In this document: one piece after another, positions 26,045 through 36,142 of the stretch
How positions within the stretch are numbered: the stretch's first letter is position 1
Layout: every line of letters starts with the position of its first letter
IMG/VR virus record: IMGVR_UViG_3300029967_000119
Reading direction: 5' to 3' (one strand)
DNA length: 64,000 bases
Source: an uncultured virus (IMG/VR IMGVR_UViG_3300029967_000119)
Taxonomy: Duplodnaviria; Heunggongvirae; Uroviricota; Caudoviricetes
The notes under the pieces: model-generated
What the model saw: the letters and a program-made list of their open reading frames with translations, nothing else
What the model was told of the DNA's origin: nothing
Databases searched by the model: none
Translations under genes and position numbers: made by a program

Positions 26045-28036
26045 CTAAAGTCCTATCTCTTGCTTTGTCTCTTTCTTCTCTATCTTGACAATCTTCTTGC
26101 CTTTGAACAGTTGGTTGCCTTTAGCTCCACGCCCTTTCACTAGATGGAGCCTCAAGTCTACATCTTCAGCTCTCTGCTTGCCTCTTGTCGGTGCAACTGT
26201 CACTTCAAGCATGCCAGGATTCTTTTGGTCTGCTTCTCTTGCAACATAGATGACACTTGGCTCTGTCCCTTCAGGTCCTACACTATACTGTGCATTCCTT
26301 GTCAGGGAAGGCAATGTGCATCGCTTCAAGTATGAAGTCCCTGTCAGGGTGTCGGTGTATGCGATGTCATACACATCTTTCTTCATAGTCGCTTTCTTGT
26401 AAGGCCAGCAGCCTACAATCCCTGGCTTGAAGAATGCCTTGTCTGCAACCTTCATGATTGTGTATGAGCCATCTTGTGCCATGACCAAGATGTCATCAAT
26501 GTCACTGCAGTCGCATGCATATGTGCCAGACTTCCTCATTGCATCACCAAAACCGAAGAACCCATTCTCCTTGTCAACATAGAGCTTCACATTGTTCACA
26601 GCAACAGAAGCTACATCTTTGGTGCTTCCAAACTTCTCAACAAGTGTAGTCTTCCTCTGCAAGCTCTTTCCATACTTTGTCTTGAGATGTTCAAACCACT
26701 TGATTGCATACTTGGTGATGTCCTTGATGTCTTTGCTAGTTGAGTTGATCTCTTCCTCAGTCTTCTTGATTGCCTCATCAGACTGTGTGATGTCGAACTT
26801 GGCAAGCTTCTTGAATGGAAGCCCAATGAGGTGGTCTATCTCTTCATCAGTGACATCTGGAAGCTTGCACTTCGTAGCTACTAGTATCTTGAGAGTTGCC
26901 TTTGCAACTTCAATCGTCTCAGCAGTCTTCAGAGTCTCATACATCCTGTTCAAGATGAATGCCTTCTCAAGCAGCTGTGTCCTAAGCTTGAGCATGAGCT
27001 CTCTCAGCTTCACTTCAAGCTCCTTCTTGAGTATGCCTTTGATGTTCTCTGCACTCCACTTGAGGATTTCAGACACACCAATGAATGCTGGCTTGCCATC
27101 TTTGATGACTGCTGCATTAGGCGAGATTGAGACTTCACAGTCAGTGAACAAGTAGAGAGCATCTACAGTGTCCTTTGCAGAGATTCCAGACTTTGGATCA
27201 AGATGGAGCACAATCTCAACATGGTCTGAAGTGTTGTCTTCTACCTTCTTGAGCTTCATCTTGCCTTTGTCTATAGCTTTTACTATAGACTCACGGATAG
27301 AGTCTGTCGTAGTCCCATAAGGAATCTCTCGAATGATAAGTGTCTTAGGATCAACAATGTCTATCTTCGCCCTGCACTTCAACACACCACCTTTGAGCCC
27401 ATCATTGTAGTTCTCTGTTGCAAGGATTCCGCCAGTCTGGAAGTCTGGGAAGAGCTTGAACTCTTCACCTCTGTAAGTTGCAATGCATGCATCACATATC
27501 TCATTGAAGTTGTGTGGCAGCATCTTGCAGGTGAGCGAGACTGCAATGCCATCAGATCCCATTGCAAGCAAGATTGGGAACTTAGTAGGCAATGCAACTG
27601 GCTCTTGGCTCCTCCCATCATATGTTGGCTTCCACTCTGTCACCTTAGGCGAGTAGAGAATCTCCTTTGCAAGAGGATTCAGCCGGCACTCAAGATACCT
27701 AGATGCAGAAGCTGGGTCGCCTGTCAAGATGTTGCCAAAGTTGCCTTGCAAATCAAGGAGCAAGTTCTTCTGTGCAAGTGTAATGAGGGCAGACTCAATG
27801 CCTGCATCACCATGCTCATGAATCAGCATAGTTGATCCAATCACACTAGATGCCTTGATCATCCTGCCGTCATCCATCTTGTAGAGAGTGTAGAGCAGTC
27901 GCCTCTGCACCGGCTTGCAGCCATCTTCTATGTATGGAATCGCTCGATTGAGGAGCACCTCACTAGAGTAGTCGATGTACCAGTTCTTGAATGAGTCTCC
28001 TAATGAGATTATGTCTGAGTTGTACTCTTTAGCCAT
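26045..28036 (-). CDS. type IIA topoisomerase subunit A (GyrA/ParC family)
   Basis: RAIPYIEDGCKPVQRR, HEHGD, GNFGN, ASASRY (catalytic Tyr), PDFQTGG, EIPYG. Confidence 0.95.
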   Translation of the reverse strand: MAKEYNSDIISLGDSFKNWYIDYSSEVLLNRAIPYIEDGCKPVQRRLLYTLYKMDDGRMIKASSVIGSTMLIHEHGDAGIESALITLAQKNLLLDLQGNFGNILTGDPASASRYLECRLNPLAKEILYSPKVTEWKPTYDGRSQEPVALPTKFPILLAMGSDGIAVSLTCKMLPHNFNEICDACIATYRGEEFKLFPDFQTGGILATENYNDGLKGGVLKCRAKIDIVDPKTLIIREIPYGTTTDSIRESIVKAIDKGKMKLKKVEDNTSDHVEIVLHLDPKSGISAKDTVDALYLFTDCEVSISPNAAVIKDGKPAFIGVSEILKWSAENIKGILKKELEVKLRELMLKLRTQLLEKAFILNRMYETLKTAETIEVAKATLKILVATKCKLPDVTDEEIDHLIGLPFKKLAKFDITQSDEAIKKTEEEINSTSKDIKDITKYAIKWFEHLKTKYGKSLQRKTTLVEKFGSTKDVASVAVNNVKLYVDKENGFFGFGDAMRKSGTYACDCSDIDDILVMAQDGSYTIMKVADKAFFKPGIVGCWPYKKATMKKDVYDIAYTDTLTGTSYLKRCTLPSLTRNAQYSVGPEGTEPSVIYVAREADQKNPGMLEVTVAPTRGKQRAEDVDLRLHLVKGRGAKGNQLFKGKKIVKIEKKETKQEIGL

Positions 28037-28041
28037 TTGCT

Positions 28042-29022
28042 TTAGATGCTTTGTCTTTCTTTATAAGATGAAGCTGAGAGATAGTCCTCTACAGCTTTGA
28101 TGCAATCTTGGTTCTTTGATGAGAAGATTTCAATAAAGTTGAGGTTGTTCTCTCTTGCAGTCTTCCTCTTCAGTGGGTCTATGGTTGTCCAAACTTCTAT
28201 GAAGGTCTTGTACATTGGATGTGAAGTCGCTTTGCTTTCCAAGAATGCAAGGTGTTCTTGGTCTTCTTGTGAACTCTGATCATATGGATGAGACTGATGT
28301 GATGCAAAGCCTTGGACTTCAATGAAGAGATCTAATGGCTTGACATAGAAGTCACAGTTGAAAGGATACCTCTTGTCATCTTTGTATTGATACATGACAT
28401 TGTCTTTGCCGAACTTCTCTTCAAGCCACTCCTTGAACTCAACTTCAACTTTAGATGAAGAGAAAGTGTGTCTTGCCTTCTTAGTCTGATAGATTTTCTC
28501 TTGAGCTTGCTTAGAGCCGCCACCATTCTCAACACCATATTTCTTCAAGTTTGTGAGGCGTGACTTCTCTCTGACTTCTGGGTCTTGCTGTGAGAATTCA
28601 ACACCATAATGCTTGAAAGTTGTCTCTCTCACTTTCTTCTTTCCATAGTCAGAAGCATAGACATTTCTTGCACCAAACTTCTTCTCACAAGTGTTCCCAA
28701 GTTTTTCTTGTCATATCCTGTTGCCTTCTGGAGAATGCCTGCACTTGTTTGAGCAAAACACACTTGGGTATTTGCAGAATGAATAGCCTTTGCCTCAACC
28801 ATTGTATGGAATTCAGTTGCCACAAATGCAACATCTTGGTGCTTCTTCTATGTGATAACAGATTCGATACACAATCTCATCAACTTTCATGTCTGGCTTG
28901 TCATGTCATCTGTTCATGAGCCATTCATATAAGCTTGTATCTTGAGCTAAAGTCTTGTTATATTTTGGATTGAAGATGTGATAGCTCTTTTTGTTGTTAT
29001 CTTCATCTAAGAAAACCTTCAA
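28042..29022 (-). CDS. free-standing endonuclease (Zn-finger, KYGVEN repeats, C-terminal PD-(D/E)xK/Vsr-like domain) with four TGA=Trp
   Basis: Frame of track ORF 28042-28632 extends upstream through TGA 28711, 28795, 28813, 28906; PRCCICG, FCSNKC, YPFNCDFY...FIEVQG; start uncertain (TTG 29022, or ATG 29041 with a 1-nt offset). Confidence 0.75.
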
Positions 29023-29044
29023 TACACTCTTGTCTGTTCATCTG

Positions 29045-30907
29045 CTATGCATCAATGTCAAGGCTATTCATTGTAAAGTTGAACCTGTCAGGGGTATTTC
29101 CACCCATGTAGAACTTGAGAGTCGTCTTGATACTATCATTCTCACCGAAATGAACTTGTATGAGCTGGAGGTTTTCTTTCTTTATAAGTTCTTTCATATC
29201 ACCACCTAACTCACCTAAACCTTTGAATCTAGTAATTTCAGCATCCTTTCCAATCTTCTTAACTGCTTCATCTCGTTCTTTCACCGAATAGCAGTATATC
29301 ATCTTAGTCTTGTTCCTGACCCTAAACAGAGGTGTCTTGAAGAAGTATAGGTGTCCTTGCTCTATCAGCTCAGGGAAGAACTGCACAAAGTATGTGAGCA
29401 GAAGCATGAAGATGTGCGCACCATCAGAGTCAGCATCAGCTGCAAGTATGACTTTGTTGTATCTCAACCCGTCAAGGCCATCTTCAATGTCAAGTGCCGC
29501 ACTGAGCAAACTGAACTCTTCATTCTTGTATGCCTCAACTTTCTTCATGCCAAATGTGTTGAGTGGCTTTCCTCTCAGGCTGAACACTGCTTGTGTCTTC
29601 ACATCACGCCCAGCGGTGATAGACCCAGAAGCAGACTGCCCCTCAGTGATGAATATCATCGAGTCATTCTTCAGAGGGTTCCTTGTGTCAGTCAAGTGCA
29701 CCTTGCAGTCACGAAGCTTCTTGTTGTTGAGAGATGCCTTCTTGAGCTCAGACCTAGTCCTAGTCTTGATTGAGGCAATTGCCTTGCGATCTCTCATGTT
29801 AGCCTTTGCCTTCTCTTCAATGAGCTTTGCTCCTTCTGGGTGAGCTACTAGCCAGTCATCAAGCTCTTTCTCAACAAAGTCAAGGATATACTGCCTGATT
29901 GTCACATCCTGTGCAGTTGAGCTCATGTACTTAGAAGAGAGCCTAATCTTGGTCTGGCTCTCGAACTCTGGCCCTTCTACATACACCTTCACATAGCCGA
30001 CAAGGCCTCCTCGCATGTCAGACATCTCATAGTCCTTCTTGTAGTAGTCCTTCAATGTCTTTGCAACTGCTTCACGGAATGCAGCTTGGTGTGTGCCACC
30101 TTGGCTTGTGTACTGGCCATTCACAAATGACATGTACTCTTCAGAGTCTCCAGAAGTGTGCACAATGACACACTCAATGTCTTTGCCTACAAGCCTGATT
30201 GGCTGATACAAGAAGTCTGGGGACTCAGCTCTCATCTTGGCAAGGTCAAGCATGCCATCCTTAGACAGAAAGCTCTCTCCATTGAGCACAATCTCAAGCC
30301 CTGGGTTCAAGCATGCATAGCTCTGGATTCGCTTCTTCAAGAAGTCTAAGTTGTATGTGTAAGACCCAAAGATAGACTGGTCAACTTCATATGAGATGAA
30401 AGTGCCATCTGGCTCAGAAGTCTTAGAGGTCTTGTCAGATGTCTTGATGCCTTGCTCATATGTGATAGTCCTGGCCTTGCCATCTCTGTGTGATGTTGAG
30501 GTGAAGTGTGAAGAGAGGAAGTTGACACATTTTCCGCCCACACCATTCATACCAACACTAGTGAAATATGCTTCAGACCCATACTTGCCTGAAGTGTTTA
30601 TAGTTGAGAAGCATTCTTCAAGCTTATCAAGTGGTATGCCACGCCCATAGTCTCTAGCCGAAAGCACATTGCCCTCTAAGTTGATCTCAATCTTCTTTCC
30701 AGCTCCTATGATGAACTCATCAACTGAGTTGTCTATTGTCTCTTTGAAGAGCACATATATTCCATCATCAAACTGAGAGCCATCTCCAAGCTTGCCGATA
30801 TACATGCCTGGCCTAAGCCTGATTTGCTCTCTAGGCGCAAGCGTCTGTATATCTTTCTCATCATATGCAAGCAAGTTGCTTTCTTTCACTCTAGCTTCTT
30901 TCATCAT
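29045..30907 (-). CDS. type IIA topoisomerase subunit B (GyrB/ParE family)
   Basis: IRLRPGMYIG, ETIDNSVDE, DYGRGIP, GMNGVG, TEGQSA, LRGKPLN, DADSDG, RFKGLGE. Confidence 0.95.
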   Translation of the reverse strand: MMKEARVKESNLLAYDEKDIQTLAPREQIRLRPGMYIGKLGDGSQFDDGIYVLFKETIDNSVDEFIIGAGKKIEINLEGNVLSARDYGRGIPLDKLEECFSTINTSGKYGSEAYFTSVGMNGVGGKCVNFLSSHFTSTSHRDGKARTITYEQGIKTSDKTSKTSEPDGTFISYEVDQSIFGSYTYNLDFLKKRIQSYACLNPGLEIVLNGESFLSKDGMLDLAKMRAESPDFLYQPIRLVGKDIECVIVHTSGDSEEYMSFVNGQYTSQGGTHQAAFREAVAKTLKDYYKKDYEMSDMRGGLVGYVKVYVEGPEFESQTKIRLSSKYMSSTAQDVTIRQYILDFVEKELDDWLVAHPEGAKLIEEKAKANMRDRKAIASIKTRTRSELKKASLNNKKLRDCKVHLTDTRNPLKNDSMIFITEGQSASGSITAGRDVKTQAVFSLRGKPLNTFGMKKVEAYKNEEFSLLSAALDIEDGLDGLRYNKVILAADADSDGAHIFMLLLTYFVQFFPELIEQGHLYFFKTPLFRVRNKTKMIYCYSVKERDEAVKKIGKDAEITRFKGLGELGGDMKELIKKENLQLIQVHFGENDSIKTTLKFYMGGNTPDRFNFTMNSLDIDA

Positions 30908-31970
30908 TGAATTCTTTGTAAACTTTTATCACTTCATCAATCTCATTTCCATATATTGCTATGAAGTTGAGGTTGTTGCTCTTTGCAACATCAATCTTCT
31001 TCACATCTAAGTCTGTCCAAACATAGATCGCTACATTGTATATGTTGCTTTCACTTGAAGCTGCTTTCTGCTTCAGCCTTTCTAATCTATCTAAGTCATC
31101 TTTGTTTGTCTTGTCAAATGGATGCTCTCCATGTGTCCAAAATCCATTCAGCTCAATGTATTGCTTCTTGCTCTTGATGTAAAAGTCACAAAAGAATGGA
31201 TAATTATCATCTTTATGTTGTTGATCTATGTCGTCTTTGTCATAAATTGTGAGCAAGAAGTCATAGAACTTCATCTCCAACTTTGAGACTTTTCCATGGT
31301 CCATCATTGATCCATAGATCCTCTTTTGGATTATTGGACTTTGTGCTGCCCAATCAACACCATACTTATCTCTACAAGTCTGCTTGATCTTCTCAATAGC
31401 TTCTTTGCTCCCGCCTCCATTCACAGTTCCATACTTCTCTAAGCATGTCTTGACTAATTTGTCACGTATCTCTTTGCTCTTCAATGGGTTGTCTACTCCA
31501 TATCGTTCGACCATTGTTGCTTTTAGCTTCCTCTTTGCATACTCAGTCTGATACATGTTGTCACATGGAACTCCACCATTGTATCTCTCCGACACTGTGT
31601 GCTTGACTTTCTCCATCCTAATCTTCTGTCCTTCTTTAGTATACAAGCACTTCTTAGAGCAATAGTTCTTGTATCCTCTAGAGAATTTGATAAACTCTGC
31701 TGGAGCGCCACACACCAAGCATTTAGGAGGTTCTTCAATATGGTTCTTCATTCGATACAAGACTTCACACATAGAGATCTTCTTTCCTTCTGGACACCTC
31801 TCTGCTAGATAATCTGCAACTTCAAATGGATACAAGTCTTCATGTTCTCAATCTGTCCTATACTTGTCTTTCAGCTTTCCACTTTCATCAAGAAAGAAAT
31901 TTATAACATACTCATCATCAATCTTCTTCTCTTTCACTTCTTTATTCTTCATCTGTCTTGCTTCCATCAT
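30891..31970 (-). CDS. free-standing endonuclease paralogous to 28042-29022, 359 aa with one TGA=Trp
   Basis: Extends upstream of the track start through TGA 31848 to ATG 31970; PKCLVCG, YCSKKC, RYGVDNP/KYGVDW repeats, YPFFCDFY...YIELNGFWTH. Confidence 0.8.
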
Positions 31971-31979
31971 AAAGTTCTT

Positions 31980-32552
31980 CTAAATATATCTTTTTAGCTT
32001 TGCTTTTTGAATTGTCAAGCTCTTTGGCCATGCCATCCACCACATCTGCCCAGTCTCATCTTGCCACCACTTGATGTTCTCATCATAGATCCTCCACTCT
32101 TGAGGCATTGCTTCAAGTAGCTCAAGCAAATCACTCTTCTTCACTTCTTCAATGAATGTCGGCCTAGTAGAGACATCTAGTCCTAGCTTGCCAAGCTTGA
32201 ATTTTGAGTCTACCATTGCATCAGAGTTCAATGCCCACTGTGCATCATATGCAAGAAGTCCTTGATGCTTTGCATCTATGAAGACATCCTTGTAGCCATG
32301 AGAACCTGGATTTCCACCAAGCTCAAGCTCTATAGGCTTTGATGTTGCTGCCTTCTTTTTCTTGAACTCTTTCATCTGGGCTTTAACCTTCTCCTCTTTC
32401 TTCTCTTTAGCATCATCTATTGCGTTCCATATTCCTGCAATTATCATGAGGAACCCTTCAAAGAGAGCACATATGACTTTCCAAAGAAAGAAGAGAATTG
32501 CACATGCCACTATGATAGCAATCAAGCCAGCCACTATTAAAAGTATACTCAT
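31980..32552 (-). CDS. membrane-anchored hypothetical protein
   Basis: Long hydrophobic N-terminus; resembles 32569-33066. Confidence 0.7.
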   Translation of the reverse strand: MSILLIVAGLIAIIVACAILFFLWKVICALFEGFLMIIAGIWNAIDDAKEKKEEKVKAQMKEFKKKKAATSKPIELELGGNPGSHGYKDVFIDAKHQGLLAYDAQWALNSDAMVDSKFKLGKLGLDVSTRPTFIEEVKKSDLLELLEAMPQEWRIYDENIKWWQDETGQMWWMAWPKSLTIQKAKLKRYI

Positions 32553-32568
32553 GATTTTTCTTTAATCT

Positions 32569-33066
32569 TTAACGTTTCCAATAAAGCTGGTTCTTCTTGT
32601 CAACAAAGAACTTAAGATCTCCGATGTCATTTCCATCAAAGTCTAGCCACTTAGCTGGGAGCTTCTCAATGTATCTGAGAGCTATATTATATGGAAGATA
32701 TTTTATCTTCAATGGCTTAGGTGGATTCTCTCTATGAGATTTCAATGCTTTGATCTTGAGCCTTGAGTATGCATCTTTGGGAAAATCTCTCATATAGAGC
32801 ATCTGCCAGCTATCTTTAGCTTGCACATACTCATTTAAGTCTTCATTGATTGTGATCTCTATCGGCTTTTTCTTAGAAGCATTCTTTGTCTTGTATCTGT
32901 TTCGAATTGGTCTAATGATTACTCTATCAATCCAGTCTATCAAGCTGCCAATGCCAACACAGAGAAATGCACCTGCATAGAACAGGCATATGCCAACTAT
33001 TCCTATCGCATACCCACAGACAACGATTGCAAACACAATCAGAAGTCCCCATAATATTGCAATCAT
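32569..33066 (-). CDS. membrane-anchored hypothetical protein
   Basis: Long hydrophobic N-terminus; first gene after the promoter at 33097. Confidence 0.7.
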   Translation of the reverse strand: MIAILWGLLIVFAIVVCGYAIGIVGICLFYAGAFLCVGIGSLIDWIDRVIIRPIRNRYKTKNASKKKPIEITINEDLNEYVQAKDSWQMLYMRDFPKDAYSRLKIKALKSHRENPPKPLKIKYLPYNIALRYIEKLPAKWLDFDGNDIGDLKFFVDKKNQLYWKR

Positions 33067-33096
33067 GACTTTAATCTTCTATCTTTAGTTTTCTGC

Positions 33097-33134
33097 TGCA
33101 AATATAACACAAACTTTCGAGACTTGAAAACCTT
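33097..33134 (-). promoter_or_regulatory. Bacteroidota sigma-A-type promoter (TATATTTG)
   Basis: Plus strand tgcaaatataacacaaactttcgagacttgaaaacctt. Confidence 0.75.
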
Positions 33135-33145
33135 TTTGAGATTTT

Positions 33146-33574
33146 TTAGATCTTCAAGATCTTCTTTGCCCTCTTGATGTCACCATCTCTCAGCCCAAGT
33201 TGTGGAAACACATGGATGAGGTGTGAGCTCTGCCAGAGCAAGTAGTCGGTCTCATCATCAAGGATGCAGTACTCAGCCTGTGTGAACTCCTCTCCCATTG
33301 GAAACTCTCCAACATTGTCTTGGAGCCACTTTGCCACACTGTTGCCTCTGCACATCCATGGGCACACCTCTAGCTTCTCTGTCGCTCCAACTACCTCAAG
33401 CTCAAGCCCATTCTCTCTCAAGAACTCTCTAGCATCTTTGAGATACCATGAAGAGCTGATGACCACTTTCACACCTTCTAGCACATTGAGCTTCTTCACA
33501 AGCTGGTTCCCATGCAACCCATGTTTCTCTGTGACTAAGACCCCATCAATATCTAAGAAAAGATACTTGTCCAT
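33146..33574 (-). CDS. HAD-domain protein of the 'Swiss Army Knife' RNA-repair type
   Basis: YLFLDIDGVL, VVISSSW, YCILDD, GL...D..RA..IL. Confidence 0.8.
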   Translation of the reverse strand: MDKYLFLDIDGVLVTEKHGLHGNQLVKKLNVLEGVKVVISSSWYLKDAREFLRENGLELEVVGATEKLEVCPWMCRGNSVAKWLQDNVGEFPMGEEFTQAEYCILDDETDYLLWQSSHLIHVFPQLGLRDGDIKRAKKILKI

Positions 33575-33613
33575 GAAAATTTTATGGGCTCGACATGGTG
33601 AATGTCAAGAGAC

Positions 33614-33645
33614 TAAAAAAAGAGGTGCTTGTCTAAGCATCTCTT
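33614..33645 (-). terminator. intrinsic terminator
   Basis: Minus strand AAGAGATGCTT-agac-AAGCACCTCTT followed by a T-run. Confidence 0.7.
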
Positions 33646-33667
33646 GTCTAAGAAGTTGTGGTGTGAC

Positions 33668-33838
33668 TTACTCAACGACTGTCGAGTCAGCTGCTTCCAC
33701 AGTGACACTGTCTACGACCTCAACTTCTGGCTCAGCGGCTTCAAGAGCCTCTTCTGCTGGAGCCTGCCTGTTGCATGTGCAACTTGCAGCCATGAGTGCC
33801 ATGACGCACACACAAACAAAACCAAAGATCTTCTTCAT
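33668..33838 (-). CDS. small acidic lipoprotein, 56 aa (not in ORF track)
   Basis: MKKIFGFVCVCVMALMAASC-TCNRQAPAEEALEAAEPEVEVVDSVTVEAADSTVVE; signal peptide with lipobox AASC. Confidence 0.8.
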   Translation of the reverse strand: MKKIFGFVCVCVMALMAASCTCNRQAPAEEALEAAEPEVEVVDSVTVEAADSTVVE

Positions 33839-33857
33839 AGTTGAATCTTTTTTCTTT

Positions 33858-34139
33858 TTATTCGGCAGGAATGGATTCTTCTCTTGTGTACACCAAGTCT
33901 CCTACTTCAGAGATTGTGCTCTCAAGAGCATCAGCATTCTCGCCATAGTCTCCAATGCCATTGCAGATGCAATTCCAGAGTGATGAGATCTTCGACCTGC
34001 ACTTCTGCAGAGCTTCGACCTTCTCTGTGACCTCATCAGGCACATCGTCTTCAAGTTCATACTTCTTGAGCACATTAAGCTCTCAGTCAATTATCTGTGA
34101 GGTCTCAAACATTGAAGCCTTCAATGAATCATAGTCCAT
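33858..34139 (-). CDS. hypothetical acidic protein, 93 aa with one TGA=Trp
   Basis: ATG 34139 MDYDSLKASMFETSQIID-W(TGA 34083)-ELNVLKKYE... Confidence 0.65.
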
Positions 34140-34166
34140 AACCTGGGCAAATTCAAATTTGTGTAT

Positions 34167-35580
34167 TTATCAACTCAACTTAGACAAAGCATAGTCTAGT
34201 TGAACCATACTTCTTCTAGAGTTAAATCTAAAAGACTTCAGATAAAATTTATCTAGAGGAACTCGATATAAATTTTTCGAGTTCTTTATATCCATGTATG
34301 CTTGGAACAAGTCCTTGACTTTCCCAACTAAGCTAAATTCTTCCAACGACTTAGCCCAGTCAGTCTTGAAAGTTTCAAGACTTGGCCAAAGAATGCATTT
34401 CTTTGTTTCTTTGTTCTTTCTAACATATTGACTTACAAACTCATAAGCTCTTCTACCTATCTCAAAGGCTGAAAGGCACATGTCTGGCATTTCAAGCCTT
34501 CTGAACAAGAAGTTGCCAACAAATGATGAATAGTTTGGCATGACCTTTTGGAAGTGGATTCCAGCAACATTGCATCTTTTCTGTATGTTGCTGAAGATCA
34601 ATGACCTATTCCAGCAGTTGTTGCAAAGCCTGTTGAACTTCTTTCCTTTGCCTTTGTCTGAAGACTTGATATTTAGATCTTCAATGCCAAAGATAGAGCA
34701 TTGATAATATGCTGCCTTGTTGACAAGCCACTTGCAAGCTTGAAGAAGCTCATGCTTTCTTTTGTTGTTCAAGTGAATGGTCTTAGAGTCTTCACTTGAA
34801 ACTCTTAGGCTTTCTTGCTTGTCATTCAAAGCTTTGAAGTCAACAACCCCATGCTCAATGACTTTGTAGCTTGACTCACTCTTCCACTCTGTGCAGCACC
34901 AACCAATGTAGTTTGGGTTCAAGTCAACACTGAACACTCTGTTCTGCCTTGTCTTGACTTGCACTTCATCTTTCAAGACTTTCTCGTCAAAGCAAAGCCA
35001 GATGAAGTCTTATAGAAAGCCTATAAGTGATTGGAAAGACCTTGCCTTCTTGTGCAATGAAGAGCTTCTTCAAGATCTTCTTCCTTGAGTCAGAGACTTC
35101 AAGCATGAGATGGAGGTCTTTAGTTGGCTTGAAGAGTATGTGCTTCAAGTCTTCTTGGATCTGGAACTTCTGGTTGCCTTTCCTGAATGAGTCACCTATC
35201 GAAAATAAAGGATGCAATCTCAAAGACTTGATTTCTTCTTTAGAGATTAGTCCTTTCTGTCTTTCAAGAATGCTTTTCTTTCCGCCAAAGCAGACTTTCT
35301 TTTTCTTGCTTGTCAGCTGGACAAAAGCTCAAGCTTCAGAGATTGCTTGTTGCCTGAAGAAGTAGCCTGACTCACCAATGATGAGCTCTATGTTATTTAA
35401 AGAGTTGAGCTTTTGGTTCAGCTCAGAGTCTTTTAAGAGAAGCTTTGTCTTTGTGATCTCTTGATGCTCAAATATGTAGTTGTATGCAACATGGAATGCT
35501 GAAGTGTATTGCTTGACATATTTTGCAATGACTTCAGCATCTTCAGTTGACACTTTGTATTTGAGCTTAAGTGTGATCAT
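34167..35580 (-). mobile_element. tnpB: TnpB-like (IS200/IS605 accessory) RuvC nuclease, two TGA=Trp and one apparent frameshift near 35010
   Basis: MITLKLKY N-terminus, FGGKK, RuvC-I VFSVDLNP, RuvC-II IEDLNI, YSSFVG, RuvC-III PDMCLSAFEIGRRA; track ORFs 35329-35580 and 34987-35223 joined by TGA; PITYRLS..DFIWLCFDE needs removal of one nt. Confidence 0.8.
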
Positions 35581-35629
35581 CTCATTATTTATTTTTTAGA
35601 GATGAAGAGCTGAAGTGAGAAGCCGCCCT

Positions 35630-35724
35630 AGGGAGCGGCAAACCTTCAAAATTGAGCTTTTGATTAGTTAATCATCATTGTGCTTAGCCGCCCACTAGGG
35701 CAATCCTGCACAATCCTAGGGCAT
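35630..35724 (-). repeat. copy 2 of the ~95-nt dispersed intergenic element
   Basis: Reverse complement aligns colinearly with 8456-8551. Confidence 0.85.
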
Positions 35725-35794
35725 TTCATGAAAGAGCTTGAAGGTTTAAGTTGGATTAGAAGTGCTGAAGGTCTTTGAAATAATTTTGAAATAG

Positions 35795-36015
35795 TTTTGT
35801 AACAAAATTGAAATATCTTTGAAACAAAACTTTAACAAAAATTTAACAAAATTTTGTAGACATTCCGCCCTGAAGTCGATACAATTCTTGTCTGGGACAA
35901 GGTCGGTGAAGGATCTAGTTAAAGTCTTAACTAGACTAGATCTAGTTAAGACTTTAACTTTAGTTAAAGAACTTTAACTAAAGTTAAAGACTTTAACTAA
36001 ACTAGACAGATCTAG
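35795..36015. repeat. AT-rich AACAAAA repeats plus nested perfect inverted repeats; candidate replication origin
   Basis: 19-bp IR 35917-35935/35941-35959 and 18-bp IR 35952-35969/35972-35989 in the longest intergenic gap at a divergent strand switch. Confidence 0.7.
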
Positions 36016-36142
36016 TAGGCTTAGCAGAGAGAGTATGAGAGAGAGACTGGATGAGACTGAAAAGCTCTGACAGGCCCTCCCGAAAAAATTCCTAGGCTTT
36101 TGAAATTCCCAAATAGATAGTTAAATTGTTGTCCGTCATCTA

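Noticed and set aside
31950..31975. Target-site duplication suggested by similar starts MMEARQMK (endonuclease) and MMKEARVK (topo B)
   Set aside because: Similarity is too short and degenerate to distinguish from chance.
35912..36015. CRISPR array associated with the TnpB-like gene
   Set aside because: Repeats are short, overlapping palindromes with no unique spacers of regular length.
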